Shown here: positions 11,574 through 24,602 of the stretch, piece by piece
Numbering within the stretch: the first letter of the stretch is position 1
Layout: each line of letters starts with the position of its first letter
Source of the DNA: Perkinsus chesapeaki ATCC PRA-425
Lineage: Eukaryota; Protista; Perkinsozoa
NCBI GenBank assembly: GCA_013115145.1
Contig: JAAPAO010000038.1
Span: 1-64,000, forward strand
Direction of reading: 5' to 3'
Length of the DNA stretch: 64,000 nt
Translations under genes and position numbers: made by a program
Notes under the pieces: model-generated
The model's input: the letters and a program-made list of their open reading frames with translations, nothing else
Databases searched by the model: none
What the model was told of the DNA's origin: nothing

Positions 11574-11612
11574 TTCCTTATGACGTGTTTATTGTAAATA
11601 GATGGAGGTTTC

Positions 11613-11634
11613 CAAGTTGACCTGTTTTGTATCT
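11613..11634 (+). repeat. 22-bp motif CAAGTTGACCTGTTTTGTATCT, 40 bp after the PTH2 stop
   Basis: Perfect inverted match to 9363-9384 and near match to 567-587. Confidence 0.9.
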
Positions 11635-12667
11635 AAGTATTAATTTGGGATGAGAAAGTGGTCAGATGTCGAGTGAGTCAAATGACGCGGCCTTCTCGAG
11701 CAGGGCGGTCTCGTCTCTGGAGGATAGGTCGTTGGACCAGGTAAGTGAGGACGGTGGGGCATCACGTTCCAAAGCTCTGGGAATCGGGGATGAGTCAGGA
11801 GGCTCGTCGGAATCTGCTCCGTAACAGTGGTCGGTGATTATACAATGGCAGGATCGTATGTTTGGAATCACTCTTTAATATAAGAGTTGCTTGGAGGTTC
11901 TTGCGAGCTTCCTCTTCTTATTCCTCGGGCACGGCACGGTCTATAAGGCCCTACAGCCGCCTTTGCGATCTCTACGAATGGCGATGCCGTGTTCACCAGC
12001 TGAACCTCAGCTACTACAACTTACAGGAGCTTGGCTCGCCATCTTCGGTTATTTCAGGTACTGTCCATGGCTAAGAACTATCTCTCTGCCGCGAAGCATT
12101 CCTCCACCACCAGCACCACCAGCGGTATTGGCGATCCTTTGATGCTCTTGGGTCCGGTAACTGCTCTCGACGATGCATTCGGATGGTTGGTGGATCACTT
12201 GCCTACTATGAGACCTTTGCTGTGCTTGATAAAGAGGTGAGCTGCGGAGTCGAGCCATAGGGCCAGACTTGTAGATCTAAAAACAGTATATTTAATGATC
12301 TGATTAATGCAACGTTGATTGGCAGCAGGCTGATGTCACTCAACAAGAAGAGCACTATAGGATTTCACTACCGATAGCTACTTCTAGTGTTATTAGGAGC
12401 TCATTATGAGTAATCGCAGAAATTTGATTACTTCCATAGGAGTACCATTACAAATATACTAACTTGACACATAGTTAGTTATTGCTGATCCTGGTGAGCG
12501 CCAATGTTATTAGCAGTACTGTCCACGGAAGGGAAGGCCTCACTTCCCGCAACATTGGCGCCATGTGGGAAGGTTTCCTGACTCTCCTCTGCTTCGAAAA
12601 GCCCGCTCTTCGGGAGTAACCCTCTGTCAGCGAGTATGACTCCTGTCTACGCGGTCTTTGCCGTGCA

Positions 12668-13590
12668 TTGGAGGCGGCAACTCTGAAGACTCATCGACTG
12701 GATATGATTGAAGTCGAGATGGCGGTTAAGTGGGAACACATGGAAGCTTTGCAGAGGAAATTGGAGGTAGGTTTCGACGAGGTGAGCTTGGGGACGCCGG
12801 TGGGCCAGGAGGAACACAAGAATGAAATTGAGCAACTTAATTACGAGCAAAACGAACTCAAAGAAGCACTCAACTACCAAACGAAGGACATGAAAATACG
12901 AACGGCTGAACTGGAACGAATCCGACATGAGAGACACGAGCAACACAGGTGCGGAGGGGACGGGAAGGGAAGATTAGCTGTCATCAGACAAAACCAGGAC
13001 CTGGTAAAAAGTCATAATAGGCTCCTGGCGGAGTTGACCATCATCGCCGAGAGGGAGGAAAGGGCCTCGGCTGAGTGTACGTTGGTGGGCTGAGACAGAG
13101 AGGATTGGGTGGCAGGTGTCAGACTGGGCCAAGATCTGAAAGAGCGGGAGCATTTGAATAGTGCTCTAGAACAACAGCTAGCTGCTCTCAGCGAAAAGAT
13201 ATCTAGTGAGTAAAGATACTTGGAAGGTTGGATTGGTGACTACTAGTCTAGTCGTGCTACCCAGAAGGTATGGGAAAAGATTCCTTGTATAGAAGAGGTG
13301 CTTTATCTCTGAGAAACCTCACAAGGTTTGTTGAGATTTTACCTAGCAAACGTGATCATACTCCTTGCGCTTGTCCCACAGTGAGACCATGTCACGGTCT
13401 AGGCCCGTGTAGGGCTAAATGACTTTGAATTGATCAGCATGTAGGAGCTCGGTGGTAGCCTAGGTTACATGCTTTTGTTCGATGATGGCCGGTTTGCCTA
13501 GATATGGTAGAGCCGGAGATACATCGAGACGTAGTTGGGATGAAGGAAAAGGCTGAAGAGGAGCTAGAAATAACGAAGCAGAAGTGGGTA
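12668..13590 (+). CDS. Hypothetical coiled-coil protein (partial multi-exon model)
   Basis: E/K/Q/L-rich heptad-like exons (NEIEQLNYEQNELKEAL, LKEREHLNSALEQQLAAL, KEKAEEELEITKQK) flanked by GT/AG sites. The true start is probably upstream. Confidence 0.5.
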
Positions 13591-14114
13591 ACTTGGAGAC
13601 TTTGTGACACAACTTGTGTCACAACAGTTACTGGTTACTGTAGTCACTACAGTACTCGTACTAGTGCATTCTGTTAGAGGCGGATTGTTGGGTAATCATG
13701 CGCGCAGGCTTCGACGGAAAACAAATCGGAGCAAAATTCTCCCTTGTTGTTGAGAAAATTTCCCGACAAGTTTGCGCATATCTATATGGTACTGTACCAA
13801 CTGTTTGAAGAAATGCCGTAAATGGCGTCGAAAATGAGGGGCTTTAGTTGATATTCTTTGGTACAAACGTAGATGGATTCCTTTATATAACTCACGATCA
13901 AGTAGAAATGACCGACTGGATAATGCTATTACATAGTTCAAGTCAGCGATTTCTAGTCGCGCTTGCCCGTATCTTCTCGGCGCTTTCGGAAGTGGAATAG
14001 ATAATTTCCCGATTCTAAGAACCTGTGTTGTCATGCGGGTTGGAAGGCTAGCTATTCGAAAGGTACACGAGCCTCTCTGCGGAGTACAAAAACCTATCTC
14101 GACTGTACACAGCA

Positions 14115-16391
14115 TTGACGGCACATCGACGAGGGCGCAAGACGAATGCCGTAGATGGCACCGAAGAGGAGAGCGTAGACTGCGAGGAGCCTCCAGTCGG
14201 AGACTACATGTACCAGGTGTTTCGACCGCTCACACCCCGACCAACTTGGGGCGATGCTGGTGGTGCCGCAGACTGGCAAGTGGAAGTCGATGACAAACAA
14301 GCACATCCCGATCACACCGACTCAGCTAGGGCAAATGGAATGCTCTCTACTCTCGTTGATGGGATAACCCGGGCATCGAGTGTGGGGCTTGCTAAGGCTG
14401 TTGTAGAAGAGATAAAGTTGAAGCAAATAGAAGGATTGGCCACTCTATTCGCGTGAGTCACAGGCTAAGCCTCCCAGGAGCATGTATCGGATAATACGCG
14501 TGGAGCCCGAGATGATTTTACCGAACGCTTGGGGCATATCTCCGACGTGGGTCGTATATACCGGCCTGGTTCGCCCATCTACTCCTCCAACTCAACGAAC
14601 TCTGCTCCTTCCTGAGGAAGTGACATGCGTGCATGACCGGACTGAGGCCGCCGGGCTTACGGCTTGGTCGATGCACGTATATATTGGGCAATGGCTGATT
14701 TAAATGTCGCAAGCATTAACACGACAACTCTATCGGCACCCTCGCCGGGAACTCCTTAGATACGGCGGAAATGCTGCATTAAGCAAATCTAGGACCTTGA
14801 AAGATTGTATTGCCATTTTTGGAGTAAGTCTGGCAAATTGGCGACCGAGAATTGACCCACAGAAGTTTTCAGGGTTCGGGTATGACCAGCAGCACATTGA
14901 ATCGATTATCGTCGTTCGGTGACATAACAGCAGAACTTGAGCCATGGAAGAATGTAGAAAAGCTTTTGGCCGACGGCCCCTATGACAGACTTGCTAGGCC
15001 TTCACAGTGGCATCCGTCAACTCGGCAGTGATGACTCTGAGTCAAGAACTTGCCGAGGACGGGAATCTGCCTCTTTCCGATGCGGACGTGGTGAGAAAAG
15101 ATTCCGAGACTGGGGACATGCGGGATACAGGCGGTTATGGTTCGGGAGCACAGTGACGAGGGCGCGCCCCGAGGATGCGACAACTTGTGCTTGTCGGTGG
15201 CGACCGTATGGGAATTCCTGTTTGCTATTGCCGACATCTACGCGACCAATCATGGAGCGCAGCGGGCTGATTCTTCATTCGCAGCCGCGGTTCTTAGAGC
15301 TATCGCGAATCCATCATCCGTCTACACTGGTGATGCAACAGAATCGATTACCATTCCTGGGACCGGCTCAGGGTCTAGTCGATTGTTGAAGCGATGGAGT
15401 GTCGCTGTTGCGGATGCGCTTCGACAGGCATCGAGTGCGTGGACCACTTCAACAAATAAAAAGGAAGCTACCTGGAAAATTCTACAAGTAAGGCGGTCTT
15501 GGCGTCCTGTCTATGCAGCTGTGGTCAGTATTCAGTATGGAGCCTTCTCTTGTCGATGCTGGCAGTTTTACGGCGAGGAGCCCTCGAGCGCACAGAAACC
15601 ACGCCCGTGATGCTGGCAATGGTGCTTCTGATACGAGCCGAGGTATTAGCGATTCCGATCTGTCGCCGCTCTGAGCTCCGCGCAGATTCCTGCATGGGCT
15701 GTACTCGACAACTGTGGCATCGCTCGTGACATATCGAAGTCCTTCGACGAGAAAAACAGCTTAGATGTCGGGGAACATGAAATCGGCCGGGGGCATGGAT
15801 CCCGTTCAGAGCGCTCGATCTGCCCAACCTGGCACGGTCTCGAAGGGGAATCTTTTCTTCGACCTGCAAGCGTTGATGCCGTGGAAGAACAAAAATCGAT
15901 GGCAAGAGCTCCAGCAATACGTACCAGCCGGTAAGCATCTCCGAGTATCTTTGAATCGCACCATGAATATTTGTGCTGCTGCATCATCATCATTAGGTGG
16001 AGCTGACACCATCATAGATTACCATTGTCTGCTTCACACTCATCCCACCAATGCTTCCCGGGCCCGAGTGTCATCGTCGCCACTGGTACTCGGCCTGCGC
16101 TTGCAGCACTTAGATGAGCACCGAGAACGAGTTGACTTTCTTCGTAATTGTCTTCTCCGTCTTTCCACTGATGGTCGCGTAACCTTTGGCGACACGGCGG
16201 CCATAGTGTCAGCCAACCCAGCATTCGCCTTCATAACAGCTTCGCTGGTTCGAGCTGCTTTCCTGGAAGAAGTCGAAGAGCCCGCTCCGACGACTCTGCC
16301 CGCTAGCACTGCAGTCGGACTAGAGCCTCTCCTGGAGCGGTTATTATCCCATCGTATTTTTCCTTCCTTAACGTCCCGACCTCCCATATAG
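14115..16391 (+). mobile_element. Possible decayed Mutator-like (MULE) transposase relic
   Basis: Intronless GC-rich stretch of broken ORFs. FSCRCWQF..(P)..LAMVLL resembles a damaged SWIM CxC..CxH finger and ATNHGAQRADSS resembles the MULE TNNxxE motif. Many stops and frameshifts. Confidence 0.3.
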
Positions 16392-16477
16392 CTGCGTGTG
16401 TGCGTGCATGTTCGATTGTCTCTGATATCACGGCGCTGCGTTTCCCACACCTGAGTAGGAGTCTTCCCATTCGCCTC

Positions 16478-16993
16478 ATGAGCTCGGCGACCGCCCTTCG
16501 CAGTGCGCGGCCGAATGACGAAGAACTTGAGTTGAAATTGTGGCGTTACTCGGTCGGGATTATCCCCATTGGCATCTTCTTCTGGTCGTGGTAAGCCACT
16601 TGGTACCTGCCAACCTGCCAGAGTGTTCACTCAGGGCTCTCCTCAACATGGTATCCGGCAAGGTGCCATTCGATTTGGGAATTGTCAGCTTCGCGCTGAT
16701 AGTCTACACCGGTTTCGTTGGCATGCTGAATAAAGATGGCGGGTGACGTTCTATCATCCGTTGCTTTTAACTTTTCTTCCGGCAGGTCGTACCAAACCGC
16801 CAGACGTTTTCGCCAGCTGGTCTACTTCTCCCATGGATTCCTTTCATTCAACTATCTCTTGGGGGCGATAGTCGGACGGGCTCGTCTCGGCTTTGCGATT
16901 TACTGCGGCACCTTCACGGCTATCTGGTTCATTCTCATGATAGTTGTTGGTAGGGCAGCTCGGCGATATGAGCTGGCATTCAGTCAGTTATAA
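16478..16993 (+). CDS. Small multi-pass membrane protein (about 4 TM), 3 exons (16478-16590, 16635-16742, 16786-16993)
   Basis: Clean GT-AG splicing gives MSSATALRSARPNDEELELKLWRYSVGIIPIGIFFWSWALLNM...FILMIVVGRAARRYELAFSQL* with four hydrophobic segments. Confidence 0.75.
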
Positions 16994-19344
16994 CTTGTCA
17001 TTATTGAGTCTACGAAATGGTGGGTGTGAGTGTTGAACCGAGGAAAGAACGCAGTGAGGAGTTGTGAAATTCTCTCAGCATCCGATGGTCCAGTTTTCAT
17101 ACTTGAGCGTACTCCTATTAGATCCTATCACCGGTTTTATATCTGACTGAATCCTATTACGCATTGCAGCCGTTGTTTGTGGCCTGTGGGAATGGCAACC
17201 ACAACAGACTCCTCGTCTATCTCCTCTGAAGATCCCTCGGCTGTACCGTTTTTCTCGCTAGCTGATGAAGACTTCACCAGCAAGCTGCTGGAAGTCGCCG
17301 CAGACCAGGGCATTCAAGACCAAATGCTTCAGTAGCTGTGCTGGCAGAATGATGTGCATCACTTCTATCAGGTACAAGTGGGTGCTTTGGGAGCAACTTC
17401 AGGCTAATCAGAAAACGAGTCCGGCCGACTGGAAGGATCTTTCGCGCTCCGTAAGTGCTGGCTTCGCCGGTGGCCAATTCTGAGGCTGATGTTGGAAAAT
17501 TTCTGTTGAATTTAAGATAACTGGAGATTAGATAGTAAGTGGAAAGAGATTTTCGATAATTTCTTGTAAGCCGAGCACTAAGCGGGCAAATGTCGAGCCC
17601 ACTTTAGAAAGGAACCCGGGCAGTATAATAGGTATTCGAGGTATTGTTGTCAGATTTGCTCCTTTGAAACTGTGGGCGAGTTCTGGCGTTACTGGCGTCA
17701 CGTTCCCCAGCCAAGCGAGCTCTTCTCGGAGCCTGGCGGTTGTCGCTTCGTTCGCGAAGGGCCCAGCGGCGGCCTCAGAGTCGTGGAAAGTATGTCCGAT
17801 GATATATGCCATTAGTGGTACCCGATTATTATCAGGTATGATGATATTCCGTGACGGCGTGACGCCTGAATGGGAGCATCCTCTCAATGCTGTTGGTGGA
17901 CATCTTCAGTTCTCGTTATCCCCAAACGTGGGAGCTAAACAAATAGACGAGTAAGAATGTTTGAGACAAGCGGTCGAACCTGACTGGGACTTTACCAATG
18001 ACAGTGTGCTTTCCAAAGTATGTTCACACTGAAGGAACGTTGACATGACGGTGTGACATACATATCCCGAATCTCCGTAGTGTCCTCCATCGGATAGTGC
18101 AATTAGTTTTCTCATCACTTCAGCCCGCGAATACCCATGTGAGATGTCTAAGCATTCGGCTCTGCTTACCCAAAATGCAGTAAATATTACCCTCAGCCGA
18201 GGGGCCAGGTCCCCTCAAATCGGTGTGCTTGAGCTCACGTCCTTCAGCATCTCGGAACTTAGTGCTACTAAGCGAGCCCTTCCACTTTTGTAGATCTAGG
18301 ATCTACAAAAAAATATAAGTGTATAAATGTCTGTAGATCACCGTTAGGTTGATAGTGTTGTCGAATTTATATTATAACATAAATTATTACTTATATATAT
18401 TTTATTATTTATATAGTACGATATCTATTTACTCCTCTTCTTTAATGATGTATTCTGTTCTACAATCAGTTCGTCCTCGGTAGGTACTGGAATAATCTGG
18501 TCCTGGCAGTTGTTGGTGGATCTCTAGATCCACCTGATATGGTAACTGGGCTCCGTCTATGTGACAAGTTGTAAGCCTCCCCTTTTCTTATCGTCAATGA
18601 GTTCCCCTCGCAGATTCTCCAAGCGTGGCGGTCCTAGCCATCAGGGGTGCGTTCGTATTGAACTGTGGTTTACCGACGCTTCTGACCAAGAGAAGGTCGA
18701 AGCTCTGTGCAGCTCCGTCGAGAAATGCCTGATCACTCGCCTCGATGGTATCTTCTTCTCGCCATGTTCGCAGCTCTACTGTTTCGTCGTTTTAGGCACT
18801 GTAGTGGACCCTTGCCCGAAGTATGATGTAAAGTATCATGGTGGCAAACATTGAGATGCTATCTTTATTCACACATTCACGATAAGCATCGTTGTTTTCA
18901 ATAGACTCACTAGATCTCATTTCTCACGCTGTCTTTGTGTTTTACCATTACCGTCCACATCCACTACGAAAAACTGAGGAGAAAGTCAGATGTGTTCAAT
19001 TCACGCTCTTACCGCACGGTGTATAGTAAGATCGGCGCGACTGCCTAGTGATTCAAATGCACATACACAACCTAGCTCGCACAGACAATTGTGTGGCAAC
19101 ACAAATAGACAGATGAGGAACCGACTCCCGCTCGAGCTTTCCAAGAGGCCTCCTGACCCAAAGGATTGCTGACATTCACGTGAGTTCCTCCTTTTGATTC
19201 CTCCACTAGTTTCACCGAATATCGTATTGAATTACAACTCCTCAGTTCTGCATAAGGAATTCAAATCTAGCAATCGGCAAGTAAGGGATCTAACCTGCAG
19301 GGTTCCCCTTACAAGTGTTATTGGGTTTATAAACAGTAGGATGG

Positions 19345-20401
19345 CTATCGTCCATCACTAGCTATTAAAGATACAACACAACTGAGCATGTCCACTTCTC
19401 TAGGTGTTCTTTTCGACGTCACTTTTCTCGTTGTATGGAGATGACGTAGGTTCGTTGAACTTTTAACGCAACACTTTGCAGCTTTAAGATCCTTTGCTAC
19501 GTTTACTAATAGTACTGAATCCGGGACTAGATCGTCGTCGCCTAGATAATAAAGAGACATTTATGCCCCCAACGAAGAACAACTCACTTTCCGCGTTTCC
19601 TTCCTGGTCCACTGCTACGGAGCCTACCAGCGATTTTGCCATGATTCGCCCTAAAATCAAAGCCACTAGGCTTGTGAAGAAAATCGTTGTTAGCAGAACT
19701 CAGCTCACGGACATATGGTCCTTCACGGTCGGAATGTCTTACGGGTACATTGGAAAGGACCGAAGAGGCACTCACAGCGAAGCAGCCGAATTGATGTCGG
19801 TGGGTCTACGAACAGCGCTGTCGAGTTTGGTGTTGATGAGCTCGATCAACTGTTCAGTTTTAACAAGGTACTGAGAAGCCTCATCCCGCGCCTTGGCGGC
19901 TTTCTCAGCCTTCTTCTGCTGATTCTCCAAGCAACTGCGAGCGCACCGTCAACAACGTAACGCAGCGGTATCATTTACGTATGGAAGTCCTCGCGGGCAT
20001 CAGCCACCCCGTTGAGGAGTTTCGTCAACTTCTTCGCTCGGCTCTCCGAGATATACTCCTTCCCACTTGTTCCGCTTTTTGCCATCCTGGAAGCGAAAAA
20101 TGAAACCCATTTCAGAAGGGCATAACGCACTCTTCAATTTCCCCTACCAACAGCTGATAGCGCGCTTCCGCCCTCTCCAGCGATTCCCTCGCGCTGTCGG
20201 CTAAGTCCTTCATCTCACTCAGCGGTCGAATGAAACCTGAAAGAGGCATCGAAGACCACCAAGCACCTTTGTTTCACTTGTTGGGTGACATGGTATCTCA
20301 ACTTCGCGGTCGGACGGCGCCCCGGCGGGGAACTCCGTCGTCACAACCGATCTCGCTAAGGCATTGATACGATTGACATCCTCCGGACTGAAAGGTAACA
20401 A
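19345..20401 (-). CDS. Hypothetical multi-exon coiled-coil protein
   Basis: In-frame GT-AG exons include SEMKDLADSARESLERAEARYQLL, CLENQQKKAEKAAKARDEASQYL and GDDDLVPDSVLL...DGR*. Start uncertain. Confidence 0.55.
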
Positions 20402-20747
20402 GGTGCACTGAAAGATTCCCTGGGCTGAGCTTACGTGAAGTTGACATAAGCGTTCAAGACAGGCTGGGTTCGCTGCATAGGGGTTATTAACCTGGGCTGG
20501 CCTCGAGGGAATTGGTAATGACAGCAGTTGACAAAAATAAGGCGGAGCGAAGCTGATGGGCGATATGGTTAATTGAAGAAATTCAACAAGAGTTCAAATG
20601 GAAATGAATGGTTTTATTGGGTGAACAGCATAGACAGTAGAAAACACAACGGTGGTGGTAGTTAAGTGTTGTAAGGTAAGAATCACAGAAAGTGTACGAT
20701 GCGATAGATGAGCAGGAACAAGGCGTTCGCCTAAGACCATCATACTC

Positions 20748-20782
20748 AAGGTTCCGGGTTCTATCCCACCACTCGTCATTTT
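20748..20782 (+). pseudogene. tRNA 3'-half relic, not assigned to a confirmed intron
   Basis: AAGGTTCCGGGTTCTATCCCACCACTCGTCATTTT: variable loop, T-arm, acceptor strand and oligo-T. Confidence 0.65.
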
Positions 20783-20887
20783 ACTAATCAACATATTTAT
20801 CAAACTTATCAACGAGGACAGCATTACTCAACTAGAACATCATAAACTAACGTTGGGTGTTTTTGTGACGCCATGACGTCCGACTCC

Positions 20888-23800
20888 TTACCAGCAGGGC
20901 TGGTTACCTAGGATGGCTATTTCTTGTACTCGCCACGGGAACTTCAATCCCTGATTAATAAACACCTTACTAACAACCACCACCATTATCAACAACAACT
21001 CACCACTGTGTTCGGCTCGGGATGTCTCTGAACAGCTAACGCATAGAACACTTGTCGAATGTCATCGATCGCCCCCTCGACAACTTCCCCTAAATTAAAA
21101 ATGCAATGCCACAATGTGAGGCACGATTTACCCTTTTCGTTGCGAAGGCAGTTGATCTGCTGCGTGCTGAAGGTGAAAATGAAACACGGAGAATCGACTT
21201 CGCCGCCCGACTTGGCGCCCTTCAGCTCGAGGTCCTCGGGGCCCTGTAATAAAATAGGCAAAGGTAAGGTATTGCTGACTTCACCTGTAGAATGGTCGGG
21301 TCCAAGGAGAGTCTCTGATTCTTTCGCGCCGCAATTGATGCATTGACAGCTGCAAAGGCGGCCTCTCCGCAGTGGAGCTTCAGGTCCTCCGCGTCACCCT
21401 AACACGCGGAATCAGCATGAACGCGGCAGCAAGAGTCACAAGAATTTCAGGCAAAACCATCAGGAGTTAACACGTGACCGGAAACCAATAAATTTGATAT
21501 ATTTGAAGTTGAGTGACTGGAACGACTGGAACAATGAAGCCTGCTGTCGGATGCATTTCTATCCACCTGCCACCAGGAACTAACAGGACTGCTTTTAGAC
21601 TGCTGATGGTCGAAAAGGCATAATAATGCGGCAGAGGCTGGAATTTATATTTTAGGTTATGTACATATATTTATTTTTCTATAATGGCTTTATTATATAA
21701 TTATTCTAGATCACCTAGTTGAAGTCTAGAGCCCTACCTCGAGGAACCAAGTTATGATACTGGGCGCCACAACAGCCTCGACATCCTCAACTAGCTGTGA
21801 GAGGCGGAAATGAGGATCGATCTCCTTCATTTCACGGATAGATTGGGAGATCTCCGTCTCACCGAAAACTCTGAAATTAAAAACAAATGGTCAGATCCGT
21901 TTTATGCAGTGTTTTTACTAGTGACCGGATCCTAACGCAAAGCAGCGAAGGCTAAGGCCGGTCCGAGGTGAGAGAGGCATGCCGTACGGAAGACTTTCAG
22001 TGAAGGATGTATTTCAAAGCCTCCTATCATAGGAAGTCTTGGAGTAAATAAAAGTGAACAGACGAAAACGAAGGCTTGGGCGAGGTTACAGGCCAACGAA
22101 GGGAAGTAGTCGAATAGCCGTTCTATGAGCAGCTTATGGATATCGGAAACATACTTAATGAGCCTATCGACAAGGTCAGCCGATTTAGTACTGTTGTTAA
22201 CAGAGACGGACAAAGTATTGATGATAACAGAGAGAGACTCTCATGAAAGAGAAGCCTTCTTGGAAGGAAAGATACGTTTGATAGGTCAGAGCGTGTGTTA
22301 ACTAATGTCTGTGATAGAGGAAATGCTAAAAACAGGCTGTTTTAAACAGCAGTGAACAGGCAGTCCGAGAGGGAAAGGAATGCTTCACCCTTGCCGTGGA
22401 AAGAATAGAACTGGGCTACCAGCTGCCAGCTGCGATACGGTATCTTTAACTTTATAAAATGCACGCTCTAACCTCCAAACACTTTCTAAGGTTCTATTCT
22501 TACCTATCGAGCATCGGATTGTCGAAGAAGCCTCCGAGGAATTTGGAGTCGCCAGAATCGCTGGTGTTGAATCCGAATCTTTCCCAAGTGGACTTTTGCT
22601 TATCAGAGACCACCAAGGCGTTCGCGTGGGGATGCTCCGGTATAGGTTCGGCCTGGAGACAATTAACGTGGCTTCACTGCTGACCGATGATACCACAAAA
22701 TACTCTATATAAAGAAGGTAGTTCCTTTGCCTAGCGCAAGGATAAATACTTGCACCATATAAGCGAATCAACTTCACCGAAAAAAAGTCGCGGGAGATGT
22801 CGCGCCCCACCGAGCATAAGCAAACTCCATACCACTACTTGCAGAGCTGCTGAGGAGCTGGGCAGTCGGAGGACATTCTAAATGCTAATCCAATCTATAC
22901 GAAATTTGCCCACAGCATTGTCGTGAGGTGAATAGAGAGATAAGTAAACATCTCCATCGTGGCTTACGTTAGGATCCTCCTCGGCGGCCTCCCTCAATTC
23001 CTCATCCTTAGCAGCTTGTCGGGCCGCCTGAACAATCGCTCTACCACACCGATGGTGAGCTGCTTTACCTCCTGTGAGCGTTGGAAGTCCTGTTGCCTCT
23101 TCTGAGTTGCCTCCTTGCTCTCTTTAGTCATCATATTTACAAATGCAGTGGTGCGGTCAAGAGCCTGATAAAAATGCGGGATGCCGGGATAGAACCCGGG
23201 ACCTTTCGACATAGGCATACCTTCACCCCAACCTTCTTAGCACTTTCTCCTGCCGACTTCATCCAATCAGGAACATGAACTGAACAAATAACATACAAAT
23301 ACAGCTTTTCCGGACAAATTCTAAACTTTCACCATGCACGCCAAATGTGGAGTTAGCGGATGTAATACGGAGGATAAGCATTTCGCTACCCTATCAAAAT
23401 TGGATTCCAGTATGGAGCCTCCATCCATTTCACTATCAAAGATAAATTCCAGGAAATATTGAAATGTCTTAGCCAGGGATCGAACCCACGACCGCCCATA
23501 CCTTGACTCAATCTAGATTGTTGCTTCCCCTCCTCTCCCGTGCTCTCCGAGTGAGGCATCTGTTTCCGAAGCTCCTCGAAAAGATGCTTCGTTCGTTGCC
23601 TGATATCACCGCCGCCATAATTTAGGTAATTTTCGTCCTATTCGAAAATCTTTACTGTGCGTTGGACATTTGCTGTCTCATTGCGCGCATCTTCGCCTCC
23701 TGAGCCTCCGCACGCGTGCGCAGCTGTTCGCCGGTATCCGACACCTACATATAAAGTCAGTTTCACGCGCCATGAAATACGAGAAACCAATCCAATTAAT

Positions 23801-24148
23801 CGCCAACCAATTCTCGAAATTGCATGGAAGGTAAACAGTCACGCGCCACGAAATTCCCACCCTCGTTTTCTTCTTTTCCATATCATCCAGAGCCTTTTTC
23901 AGTTCCGGATCGTCTTCAGCGTCCTTTCGTACTTGTTCCATTACCTACATTAAAAATGCCCCTCCCGCGGATCGAACCCACGCCCTTCCGATGCTTACTT
24001 GTCGGATAAATGACGATTCATTCCTCCGTGGCATAACAAAGACCGGCGGTGCTCGTGCAGCTCGAGACGCCATTGCACCTGTTGCTGCCAGCTGATTGGC
24101 AAATACCGAACTGCTGCAGCCGATGCAGCGACTTGCTTTACTGAGCAT
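20888..24148 (-). CDS. TIM44: Mitochondrial import inner membrane translocase subunit Tim44, multi-exon
   Basis: Basic/Ala-rich presequence, SFIRQVMEQVRKDAEDDPELKKAL, then Tim44-domain exons FGETEISQSIREMKEIDPHF, GDAEDLKLHCGEAAF, FTFSTQQINCLRNEKGEVVEG and WRVQEIAILG. Confidence 0.92.
23165..23220 (-). pseudogene. 56-nt Tim44 intron consisting of a tRNA 3'-half relic
   Basis: gtatgcctatgtcgaaAGGTCCCGGGTTCTATCCCGGCATCCCGCAtttttatcag. Confidence 0.8.
23460..23501 (-). pseudogene. tRNA 3'-half relic directly after a Tim44 5' splice site
   Basis: gtatgggcGGTCGTGGGTTCGATCCCTGGCTAAGACAtttc; the 3' acceptor is near 23433 but not certain. Confidence 0.75.
23945..23998 (-). pseudogene. 54-nt Tim44 intron consisting of a tRNA 3'-half relic
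   Basis: gtaagcatcggaagggcGTGGGTTCGATCCGCGGGAGGGGCAtttttaatgtag; its removal joins SFIRQ to VMEQV. Confidence 0.8.
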
Positions 24149-24602
24149 GGTGGATGGAAGGAAAGAGGAGGAAGTAAAAAACAACTGAACTCGATAATAT
24201 TCATTATTATTGCCGGCAAACTGCCAAGTCATAAATATTAATTCAATTGATCCACTTGATGGTACATGTGCTCTTGGGACAAAAACGTCGAGTATCGACA
24301 TTGAAGGAGAAGGGCTCCCTAAACGTGTCTCTATATCATATACTATATGACAGATGGAGTAATGATATAGACTATACGAGAGCTGTCTAAATGAACCTAT
24401 CACTCGAACAACGTACCGTTATAGTAGCCGCCCTCCACACTATAAAGGATGCCTACAAATAGACAGTATAAGATTCATGTATGTGTTCTGCGCAGCGTGC
24501 TGAAGTTTCAAGAGTTCACCTTCGTTTTTCAAAAGGATGCGTAAAAAGTTAAACAACCTGTACAATTGTCATCATAAACGCAGATCCAAGTGAGGCAGGG
24601 TA

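Noticed and set aside
13696-14124. 142-aa minus-strand ORF
   Set aside because: No motif, no supporting splice structure, and it lies at the edge of the decayed region.
16040-16630. 196-aa minus-strand ORF
   Set aside because: It overlaps the well-supported plus-strand membrane-protein gene and GC-rich relic; a low-complexity shadow frame.
17265-18300. Broken minus-strand ORFs with a PRIPIILP segment reminiscent of BEL/Pao retrotransposons
   Set aside because: A single short resemblance, with no RT, RNase H or integrase catalytic motifs found.
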